A DNA stretch of 64,000 nt from Oopsacas minuta. Lineage: Eukaryota; Animalia; Porifera. Below the pieces are notes generated by a model. The model worked only from the letters and a program-made list of their open reading frames with translations. It was not told where the DNA came from and searched no databases. Location: contig JAKMXF010000133.1 in the NCBI GenBank assembly GCA_024704765.1, positions 186,001-250,000 on the forward strand, in the 5' to 3' direction. Below, in pieces: positions 1 through 10,332 of the stretch; positions within the stretch are counted from its first letter, which is position 1; every line of letters begins with the position of its first letter. Both the position numbers and the translations under genes were made by a program.

Positions 1-324
1 ATACCAGAGGATACCCCATTGATATCATACGATACCCCATTGATACCAGAGGATGCCCAATTGATATCATACGATACCCCATTGATATCATACGATGCCC
101 AATTGATATCATACGATACCCCATTGATATCATACGATGCCCAATTGATATCATACGATACCCCATTGATACCAGAGGATACCCCATTGATATCATACGA
201 TACCCCATTGATACCAGAGGATGCCCAATTGATATCATACGATACCCCATTGATATCATACGATACCCTATTGATATCAGAGAATACTCCATTGATACCA
301 AACGAAAATCCACCAGGACCGTAA
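1..324 (+). repeat. 21-bp tandem minisatellite (14 full units plus a degenerate 15th), open in one + frame to TAA at 322-324; possibly the 3' end of a gene entering from the left
   Basis: Units such as ATATCATACGATACCCCATTG and ATACCAGAGGATGCCCAATTG translate as ISYDTPL, IPEDAQL, ISYDAQL and IPEDTPL. Frame 1 has no stop from position 1. Confidence 0.9.
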
Positions 325-420
325 AATTACAGAATAGAGTTTGGATGAGTTATCTTCCCATTAGTTTATGTGCTCAAAATTGATAATTACACACACAAAA
401 ACTAAATATTATTTGTATAC

Positions 421-474
<54 letters not shown>
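421..474. repeat. (AAT)18 microsatellite
   Basis: Uninterrupted aat run read directly. Confidence 0.97.
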
Positions 475-475
<1 letters not shown>

Positions 476-597
476 TTTGTGTTTTAGATAAGAAAATGTT
501 ATTATTAATTTCTATCAAACTTAATCCACTCAAATAAATAATTCAAATAATTCTTATCTAAAATAGTAGCATATTAACCTAACAAACACCTTTCTAA

Positions 598-3500
598 TTA
601 CAACATTTGTCGAATCATGTAATTGAGTATACCCCCGTGTTTGAAGTACACAAGCTCTATGTCCGTATCAAACCTCGTTAGAGCTCTGAATTCCTGTCCC
701 GTATCCATAGCAACCTTGATTTCATCACCCGGTTTAAGGTCAGAAGGAATATTAATTGAGAATTGCTCCTTCCCAGTCAGGCCGAGTAGTTCTGCATTTT
801 CCCCCGGCATAAACTCTAAAGGAACTATACCCATTCCGACGAGGTTAGACCGGTGTATCCTTTCGTAGCTCTCTGCTAACACCGCGCGAACACCGAGTAA
901 CATCGGTCCTTTCGCTGCCCAATCCCTCGAGGAACCAGAACCATATTCCTTCCCTGAGATTATTATCAGCTGACGATTTTCAGATTTGTAACGCTCGGCC
1001 GCGTCGAATATATCCATTTCATCACCTGATGGAATGTGGAGTGTTCTAGGACCCGGCTTTGAGACCAGTTTATTGACTAATCTGATATTTGCAAAAGTAC
1101 CTAAGCAAACAACAAGTAAACAACAATATAAATACAGTTAACTCCCTCTTATATTGAAGTAATCATCACCGTCCCTTAAGCTTAGATATAACTAGAGTTG
1201 AGTAAGTAATTATCTTCAAAACAGATTATATAAGAATATTCGGCGGATAAGACATATTCAGTAATTAGTGCATACAAATATTCGTTTCAACATTACCTCT
1301 AGCCATGATAGCATCATTACCCCGTCTAGCACCGTAAGAATTAAACTCTCTAGGTGTAAGCCCCTTTGAGCCTAACAGTCGGGCGGCAGGACTATTCCTA
1401 GCTATTGAGCCAGCAGGGGAGATATGATCCGTTGTCACAGAGTCGCCGAGTAGCAAGAGGCAGTGCGCGTTTGTCACACCTGTCACTGGCGGGAGGTGTT
1501 TACCTATCGTTTGGAAGAATGGTGGTTGTTTGATGTAGGTGGACATTTCATCCCAGGGATAGAGGAGAGAGTCTGGCGCCTAAATATAGCGACAAATTGT
1601 GATAAAGTCGATGGTCCAGATTACACCAATCCAACTCGCCTCTAAATCGTTCCACCTCGAATTGCCCTCTGTAATCTTAGCGTAAACCTCACGGAACATT
1701 CCAGGTAACACGAACGTCCTCTCAGCTGTTTGTATATCATCCCTACTGGGCCATATCTCCCTCAGATAAACAGGAGTACCAGCTGGGTCAAATCCTATTG
1801 GCTCTTTATCAAAGTCAATACAGACAGTACCTGCTAGCGCATACGCGATCACTAGTAGAGGAGAGGCTAGGTAATTTGCCCGTGTTAAGGGGTGAATCCT
1901 TCCCTCAAAATTCCTATATTTAATTGATTATTAACAACTGTTAGTTGGAAATTTGTGTCAGAGCTCCACCTCGCCCGCATCAAGTTCGCCTGTCGCATGA
2001 ATATTCTCATTATTTCACCATTGTAACAGGGACTTTTCCGTATTTAGGAGCAGGTTAAGACCATTTGATTAATTCACGCTTACTTACCTATTACCAGAAA
2101 GGACACCACAGGTAACCAAATCTCCTTTCTCAATGGCATCGGCTACTTCATCAGAAAGTGGTCCGCTATTTCCTATACACGTCATACACCCGTATCCAAC
2201 CAGGTTAAACCCTAGCTCCTCCAGATATGGGACGACACCTCCCTCTCGTAGATAATAGGTCACTACACCAGACCCCGGGGATAAACTTGTTTTGATGTAA
2301 GGTAACACTTTAAGACCTCTCTCTACAGCATTCTTGGCTAGCAGTCCTGCTCCTAGCATCACTGATGGGTTACTGGTATTTGTACAGGATGTTATGGCGC
2401 CTATTACAACAGACCCGTGTGATAAGGAGTACTGTTTCCCTTCGTGTGAGAATTGGACAGAGGTGTCTAGACAGTCAGCTGGTATGTTGTACCCTTTGAA
2501 TCCGATCTACAAGAAATGCATGTATTGTCAATTTTCCGAATGCCCCAACATGACAATAGGAAATGTAAACATTTATAGTTCCAGTTTATAACATATGCAC
2601 ACGTACTTTATTGCTGAGACACTGTAGGAAGTCCTGCTTCATATCAGATACAGATACTCTATCGTGAGGCCTTTTAGGTCCAGACACACAACTGACTACT
2701 GTACTCAGGTCCAGCTGGTGGGTCTCTGAGAATATTGGATCCTAGAGGTGTGAAAATATAATATACAATTCTGTGAGCCCAAAATAAAACACGTGGATCC
2801 CACATGGGTGGATCTATCACATGAGTTATCATATTCCATGGTCAACATTCGCTATCTCGAACAGATTTCTAGGGTTAACTGTAGCTATATTATCCAGCCC
2901 ATTTTGGTCCAATAGGGTGTAAATAGGGCTTTGGAAAATTCTTTGAATAATTAACATTCAAATTTGTGTCTCATAAACTTACTTGTTTAGAATCATTGAA
3001 ATCTCTGAACATTCCAACTGCCCGTAAATACGCTTCAATCCTCGTTACAACACCTCCTTCTCTCCCTGTCTGTTTTAAGTAATCAATACTTTGGAAATCA
3101 ACAGGAAAGTAACCGACAGTTGCTCCATACTCCGGACACATATTAGAAATAGTCGCACGGTCCGCGATGCTTAGAGCGGACACACCTGGTCCATAAAACT
3201 CCACAAACTTTCCTACTACTCCTATTTGTCTGAGATTACGCGTTACAGTTAGTACAACGTCTGTACTTGTTGTTAAGGGCCCTAGTTGTCCAATTAGCTG
3301 GTAGCCAACAACTCTAAAATAAACAAATATGTTTGTTATATTTTGACATACATAATAACAAAAATAGGAGTTTAGCCCCTTCGCCCCCCTCTGCCAATAG
3401 TGCCAAACACCTCCACTAATTGGTTCCAAATACCATAAGGATATTTAAGAAGAGATAACTTGTAAGGTAACCTCAATAAATCACTCCCATAGGATATGCG

Positions 3501-4941
3501 TTAATTCATTTCCTTTAATCTGAAAGGGTACACCGATTAGCACCCCTGACCAATTACCTATGAATCACAGTCTACTCCCCTTATATCGAAGCTCAAGGGA
3601 CCGTGATGATTACTTCGACATGACCGGTCAAATTATGTTACTTTGACGGTTTGGGACCATATTTGTATAATTTCACACCTCGATATAACCGGGCATTTCA
3701 ATATATTCGTGTTAGATACAAGGGGAGGTGATTGTAGATACATAAGAGAATACTTACTTAGGAAGAACCATGCTGATGGACTGTCCAAGCATGACAGCTT
3801 CTGCCTCAATTCCTCCTACACCCCATCCCACTACACCCAGCCCATTAATCATTGTAGTATGAGAATCTGTACCCACTAGACTGTCAGGATACAAGATCTC
3901 CTTGTCACCTTTGAGAGGTTTAGAGAAGACAACTCTAGCTAGAAATTCTAGATTAACCTGATGGACTATTCCAGAACCAGGTGGGACTATTAACATATTT
4001 TGGAAAGCACGTGCGCCCCATTTAAGGAACTGAAACCTCTCTCTGTTCCTCTCAAACTCGATTTCTTGGTTCTTCTCCAGAGCGCCCTTCCCTGAGAAAT
4101 CCACCTAAGTGAATTAAAATATTTGAGACAGTATTTGGTTACTAAGCAAATTATAATTCGTATACACTATAACATACATATCAACGGATCACTTAACACC
4201 TCGCTAATTACCTGTACAGAGTGATCTATAACCAGATCCGCTGGACAGATGGGGTTAATTCTAGCAGGTTCGCCCCCTAGCCTCTTGACAGCGTCCCTCA
4301 TGCTAGCGAAATCAACGACAGCCGGGACACCTGTAAAATCCTGTAGTAGTACTCTACTCGGTTTGAAGGGTATCTCTACTGGTGGTCCTGTGTGTCGCTT
4401 CTCCCAGTCTAAGATTATGTCCACATCTCTTGATCTAACCTGTCAAAATAAATAGCATACTCTGCTTAATAATGCTACCAGCTAATCGGGTCACTTGTCC
4501 AGAAACAGAACCATATAAATAGTGTCAATTACTCGTGCTAACACCTTTACTCTCGACGTGGCTATATTTCAGTTTAGCAAAGAAATTCAAATCGTATGTA
4601 AATAATCTTGTAAGACATTTGAAAGTGTCAGACTCGAACTCCACGTCCCTGTTTACCCCTAATTAGCAGGCGGAAGCTAACTAAGACACTTCAATTTTCA
4701 CCAAAAGTTGTGAAAATATGATTAATCATGTGATAAATTAGTGTACAACAACAAAACAACAAACCTCGAATTCATCACAATTTCTAATAGCAGCTTCTAA
4801 CAATACTCGTATTGAGTAAGGGAGGTTAGAATATCTGGGATCTGACAACTTCAGAGGGTTGTAAAAGTGGCATTTTTCGCACCCTGGAGTGTCGAGTGAA
4901 TCTAATAATTTGTCGAATGGGTTGACAGAGCTAGCTGCCAT
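598..4941 (-). CDS. ACO1: Cytosolic aconitate hydratase / iron regulatory protein 1, multi-exon (approx. exons 4941-4764, 4440-4212, 4104-3760, 3316-2980, 2745-2604, 2507-2087, 1905-1640, 1579-1288, 1100-598)
   Basis: Motifs [94 protein letters not shown] and YFKHGGIL occur in IRP1 order. Canonical intron boundaries were read, except one GC-AG intron. Confidence 0.96.
1133..1204. mobile_element. MITE family 1, short copy in an ACO1 intron
   Basis: TA-CAGTTAACTC...GAGTTGAG-TA termini; shares the core GTCCCTT(A/G)AGCTT(A/C)GATATAAC with other copies. Confidence 0.7.
3568..3736. mobile_element. MITE family 1 copy in an ACO1 intron, opposite orientation
   Basis: CAGTCTACTCCCC...GGGGAGGTGATTGTA termini; core GAAGCTCAAGGGACCGTGATGATTACTTCGA also occurs at about 49437. 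Confidence 0.8.
4452..4555 (-). mobile_element. Partial MITE family 3 copy in ACO1 intron 1
   Basis: Matches the reverse complement of 13978-14155 (ACTCTGCTTAAT...CCAGAAACAGAACCATA(T/C)AAATAGTGT...AACACCTTTA). Confidence 0.7.
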
Positions 4942-5085
4942 TTCTAAACAAACAACAACAACAAGTATAACACATTCAATTATTCAAAACATAAACAAAT
5001 AAGTAAACAAATAATAATGAAGTGAAAAGTTTGAAAAATAAAAATAGTAAAAATGCGATAATTCAATTAGTGATAATGGTAACTG

Positions 5086-5840
5086 TTAAATATTTATTAT
5101 CCAGGTGTCAGTACCAGCTTCCGGTACAACTAGAGTGCATCTCCAAGTTCCTAACTTCACATTCTGGCGGGCAGTTTGTGTTGTCATGTCGGATAGAGTT
5201 AGAAAGTTTACTGAATCTAATCTGACAGTAATTTGTAACAGTTCTCTAGCTGAGTCGGGTCTGTTTGATATGATTTTGTGCTCAGCGCTCAGAATTGTGT
5301 CCGCTTCTTCTGTTGGGAAGAACTCCTTGAGGACATCTATGATTTGGAAGGTGTCAGGTGGCACGGGGACCTGGTTACCATAGGTGTTGAGTGATTTATC
5401 GGGACTGATTAAGAAATCTTCGAAACAGTTGGATGATATAGCATTTTGACAAGAGGTACCGGACCAGCATGAATTACAGTCACAGGTCCCATTTATTCTA
5501 CTGCATCCGTTGCCTTGGTTACACATGCAACTAAATGTAAACAAAATTTGTAAACAAAGGTGAGATATACACTCAAGATAAAATCTGATTGGTCAATAAC
5601 TAACCTTTGTAAACATCCATGTCCGTATTTTCCAGGTTCACATTCCACACAAGAAGACCCGTTGCTATGGAGATACCATCCAGGATTGCAGGAGCAAACA
5701 GCTGTTCCGTTTTCTAAGCTACAGAGTTGGTCACAAGGAATTTGTCTGTTGTCACAAATATTTGTTGTGTTCAGTTGAATTGACAAAGTTTGTGACACAA
5801 ATAGAAGTGAAAATGTCAACAACAATAAGTTTGTATACAT
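5086..5840 (-). CDS. Secreted EGF/laminin-EGF-like protein, two exons (5840-5605, 5530-5086)
   Basis: Hydrophobic N-terminal signal; C-x-C-x2-G-W EGF motif; CEPGKYGHGC-x2-SCMCNQGNGCSRINGTCDC MEGF-type repeat. The GT-AG intron 5604-5531 joins the frames. Confidence 0.75.
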
Positions 5841-6077
5841 TTATCTGTTAGAATGCTTGTTTGTAGATTTATAGGGAATATTTGTTTGTTTATTGCTAAG
5901 AAACATAAACAAACAATTTGTGATTAGTAAATATTTGTGTTTTCATCGCTAGGAAATGATAAACAAACAAACAAAATGGAAATGATAAGGTGTCATAATA
6001 TCCAAATTAAGATCGCATCTCAAACTGCAAAATGCTAATTTTGTAACTAACAGAGAAGTAAACAAGTAAACAAACAA

Positions 6078-8333
6078 CTAAACTATGCAAGTGAGGAGTT
6101 GAGCACGTTTATCGCTTGTTTTGAAACTTCCCCTAACGAAATTACGAATCTCACTGACTTTAAAATTTAGACCCAGAGGGCCTATCCCGTCTCCCCATCT
6201 TTCCTTTATTTGTTTCAAGCTAGCGTCCAATAGGATTATCAGCTCGTTAAACCGGATCCATTCTTCACATACCTCTCTCAATATTTCAGTTTCAGTATCA
6301 GTTTCAGTTTCAAGATGGAATAATGGTTTACAACGGTTGCTTAGCAACGAGAAAATATTTGCTGCTTGACTAGCGTCTTTTGCAGAGATATCAGTGAGTT
6401 GGAAAACAGAGTTTATACAAATTACAAAAATGGTGTCCAAGAGGATGCCAATTGTACCCCTAAGGATGTGGAGGGGTAACACGTCCTTCCATGCCCTGCT
6501 CAGCTGATCAAGGTGTGAAATTAATGATATAAAACTCTTCTGGACCAGTTCCCCTTTGTCACCATCCAAACCTGAAATTGAGTTTTGTAAAACCGCGATA
6601 AATTCCTTTGCTTCGAGTTTTTGTTTGTTTAGCATTTCTAGCCAAAGCTCTTCACCCAAATTCCTAATCACCGGAATGAAATCTATGAAAGTGCATATTT
6701 CAGTATTGAGTGGTTCCGGCATGTGGGGACGAAATTCGAACCCAAGGGTCACTAAATGGTGGCTCACAAACATACAATTATTGTAGAAAACAGCTGTGCT
6801 TCTGACCACATTATTTATCTGTGATTTATGGTAGAAAGGTGTGAAACTTAGGAACATCTGTAACATGTAACGAATTGTCTTAACAACATCAAAAGCATGT
6901 TGTATTTCATTTTGTGTCGCTTCAGCCATCAAATCGCGACAATTCTCGATAAATTCTATGGCGAATATTGACACCTGGCACGCGGGGAAAATGAATAAAT
7001 TTTCGTCTAAATAGCTCAACTCTGATTGGGTGAGAGGGTGATTGGATAAGTGTATGTGTGACTGTAGGTTTGCTTCGGACATATTTTTGGGGAAAAAATT
7101 CGTAGATTTTTGCTCGTTTATTTGAATGCTTACAAGTTCGGTTAGGGAAATGTCAGATTTCAAAAGTGTCCGTGTGTTGTCAAGGATTATGGCTTGTCTC
7201 TTCTCTCTGAATGATGTAACAAGTTTCTTAATTAAATTAGCAAACACCTTTTGATCTTCTGTAATTATACCAAATGATACCAAATCTTCTTCTAACTTCA
7301 ACCAATCAGATTTTAGAGATTCGCTCATTTCAGGTTCCAAAAGTTGACTCTCGAACCCCTGAATAATTGGCGCCCAAACCACAAAGCCCAATTTTTGCAA
7401 ACATTCCTTTCCAAGCTTAAAAGGTGTGAAAAGTCGCGACACAATTTTGAAAATGTTTGTCAGGAATTTTGGGACTTTTTCAGAATTATTAAATCCGTTT
7501 TGATGAATAAAACTTATTTTATCTTCCAAACCGAAATCATTCACGACAAGTGAGATAGTTCTTATTCTAAAAATAGGCTCTATAAGAAACTGCAAGTAAA
7601 GGTGTGAAAACTGTCTAAACATTTCGGAGAATATTTTCAGATCAGACAACATCAAACAAATCTCTTCAAAATTATAACTTTCAAAAATTGGACATAAAAT
7701 TACTTCCACAGTTATTGCGTCATCGAATTTTACAATATTGTTCACACCTTTCATTCTAACAACTTCGAACCATATATTCCTGATTGTGTCACGAATTAGT
7801 TCCATATTCAGTTCGTATTCCCTACGAATATGAACTGATAAATGTTCTGGAATTCTACCACCGAACACTTTCAGTTGTTCGCCAGCTTTAATTCCATTCG
7901 CGACTGCTTCAATATAACACCTCGCTTGCGTAGCAATGATACTGTCACGATGGAATTCTTGGAATAATATTAATCCATCAACAGTTGTGAGTAAAGTTTC
8001 AATTCGCTTAATTTCAGTTTCAATTTGGTTTTTCTTCGAATTAAGGTCGTAGGTGTTTCTACTATTTTCAATCTTTCGATTTGATTCATTTTTCAAATCT
8101 GTCAAATCAGTATTTATCTTTTGTAAGTCAATTAGTATAAGACTTGTCACGTCTTTACGCGCGTAATAGCGCTCAATTAACTCTGAGAGTTGGAACATAT
8201 TTTCTTCAAAACACTCTTTAACCATCTGAATATGTCTATCTATCTCTTGAGCTACACAGGGTATCACACGACTCATTAGCTCTGATACTAAACTAGGTTC
8301 ATGCGACACATTAGCGACACCTGATTCTGCCAT
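6078..8333 (-). CDS. ZW10: Centromere/kinetochore protein ZW10, intronless
   Basis: 751 aa; C-terminal FIFPACQVS, AVFYNNCMFVSHHL, WIRFNELIILLDASLKQIKERW and EIRNFVRGSF match ZW10 as recalled. Confidence 0.88.
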   Translation of the reverse strand: MAESGVANVSHEPSLVSELMSRVIPCVAQEIDRHIQMVKECFEENMFQLSELIERYYARKDVTSLILIDLQKINTDLTDLKNESNRKIENSRNTYDLNSKKNQIETEIKRIETLLTTVDGLILFQEFHRDSIIATQARCYIEAVANGIKAGEQLKVFGGRIPEHLSVHIRREYELNMELIRDTIRNIWFEVVRMKGVNNIVKFDDAITVEVILCPIFESYNFEEICLMLSDLKIFSEMFRQFSHLYLQFLIEPIFRIRTISLVVNDFGLEDKISFIHQNGFNNSEKVPKFLTNIFKIVSRLFTPFKLGKECLQKLGFVVWAPIIQGFESQLLEPEMSESLKSDWLKLEEDLVSFGIITEDQKVFANLIKKLVTSFREKRQAIILDNTRTLLKSDISLTELVSIQINEQKSTNFFPKNMSEANLQSHIHLSNHPLTQSELSYLDENLFIFPACQVSIFAIEFIENCRDLMAEATQNEIQHAFDVVKTIRYMLQMFLSFTPFYHKSQINNVVRSTAVFYNNCMFVSHHLVTLGFEFRPHMPEPLNTEICTFIDFIPVIRNLGEELWLEMLNKQKLEAKEFIAVLQNSISGLDGDKGELVQKSFISLISHLDQLSRAWKDVLPLHILRGTIGILLDTIFVICINSVFQLTDISAKDASQAANIFSLLSNRCKPLFHLETETDTETEILREVCEEWIRFNELIILLDASLKQIKERWGDGIGPLGLNFKVSEIRNFVRGSFKTSDKRAQLLTCIV

Positions 8334-8484
8334 TTAGCTAATATGTATATGCAAAATCTCATATGTAAATAGCTAAAATAAACAACAATAAACACGCATT
8401 AATAAATAATGAAAATACTCGAATAAATTCTACAAATATACAAATGTGTTTACTTCGAGAAAAAGTAAACAAACACCCACCTAA

Positions 8485-10231
8485 CTATTTACTCACTTTA
8501 CACGGTTTGACATTAGCACTAGGGAATACAATAAACCCATATTGCCTAGCTGGTAACTTAATTAAGTTAGAAGCAGGCTTAATATCAGGTGTTAGTTCTG
8601 GTAAGATTGTATTATTCGTGAGTGATAGAATGTCTCCATTTAATAAAATAACTTTACTCGACAGGTCAGGGTCAGGGGAGGACAATAAGTACCAATATTG
8701 TGGTGATACCTTCATCGGATCATTTCTAATCTCAATTTCCTGTCCGCTCACAGCAAGATTCATTAAATAAATGACAACTGAGCCATTTTTGGTCCCGTTT
8801 TGGCAATGTGCATATATCCTCACCTTCCTCTCACGAGATGTACTGCCAGTGACACTCAAAACTTTGCTACCAACTAACCTCCGATACAATAAAGTAATCC
8901 AATAAGCAGGAGTAGGATTAACTGTTGATCGATCAGGTGTTAGTTCCAATAACGATGAGTATTTAGTCCCAAATAGAGAATTTTTGAAGTAGATAGAATG
9001 TTTGAGGTATGCAGCTATCCCTAATGAGTCTAGATACATAAATCCTTGCAGGAAGGTGTCTGATATTCCCCCTGCACCATCTCCCGTGTAGTCTGCCACT
9101 GAGCCTAAAATTAGAGTTGTATTTTTTTGATAGGTTTGTGTCCAATCAGCTGCTTGAGTAGCTCTATCTAGAAGTGTTATATTGGTAAATAAGTAAATAA
9201 CAAGGTGTGAGAATTGGAGACTAAATGTGTCTACCGAACTAGTAATAAACAGCCAAATCGATTATAGGAGTATTTATGAACCTATAAACAAATAGAAATG
9301 TATGACAAACAAGTAAACAACAAACAAACAAACAAACAAACAAACAAACAAACAAACAAACAAACAAACAAACAAACAAACAAACAAACAAACAAACAAC
9401 AAACCTAAAAACTTGTCAAGCACTAATGGGTCATACGAGTATACAGGATCTGCTATATCAGCTTGATCATAGAAGTGATGATACGTTACTCCATCAAGGA
9501 CCCCAGTAGGAGGCATCGACTTTAAAACATTCAAGAAATACCCCGAATAGAGAGGCGAAGCGACATCAGGACCCCAGAGGAAAGATCTCTGTGTGAAGTT
9601 CACTTTATCGATAGTTTTACGGGCTAAAGTGAAGTCTGTCACTATCTATAAGGTGATAAAATATGAATATAGCGTCACAGAATATGAGGAAATATACATA
9701 TACCTGTGATTCATTGACCGCATACCCCTGTGCGAAATACAAATCTGGTTCATTGCCGAGCTCAAAATGGACGCGACACTTTCCGCCCAATTTAAGAATA
9801 TAATTCATTAACACTTCAGCATTCGTCGGATTCCATAAGTTCCCCTCTCTTAGCAGTAAATTCAAGCCGAAAGTGAGATTCAGTCTAAAATTCTGAACCA
9901 AAATGCAAAAGTCTTGGAAGGTCTTTGAAGAAAAGGTGTTATCTTCAAATCTATTATTAGTATCACCCTCTTTGAATGTCATATGGTCCCCTTGTGTACC
10001 TCCTATGCGGACCCAAGCTGGGGAAATGGCGCGCATTAAGGTGTTAAAACGTGTATCATGTATAAGAGCATCACTTTTCCAATTTGGCAAAACTTTAGCA
10101 TCAATAACGTAACTCAGATAGAGTGGATCAGTTACAAAAGCGAGGGTATCATTGTTGATGGAAAGGAATGTGATATTTTGTGCGTAAACAAATGTTGTGT
10201 AAACAAGGAATAGGATACACACAATATGCAT
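8485..10231 (-). CDS. HPSE: Heparanase-like GH79 protein, 3 exons (10231-9704, 9645-9405, 9167-8485; 483 aa); catalytic nucleophile absent
   Basis: Signal peptide, AWVRIGGT, FELGNEPD (acid/base), SDTFLQGFMYLDSLG, PTPAYWITLLYRRLVGSKVL and RIYAHC. Exon lengths sum to 1452 nt in frame. Confidence 0.9.
9321..9397. repeat. (CAAA)n microsatellite, (TTTG)n on the sense strand, just after the 5' splice site of HPSE intron 2
   Basis: About 19 perfect units read directly. Confidence 0.95.
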
Positions 10232-10332
10232 CTAATAGGAAAGAGTAAACAACTGTTTACGAACTAAAATGCTTCAGAGATATAATCAAATTATCACCTT
10301 TTTACATATTACTAAATTCAATTTAGAACTAA

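Noticed and set aside
1-324. CRISPR-like array
   Set aside because: Units are contiguous with no unique spacers, the context is eukaryotic and there are no cas genes.
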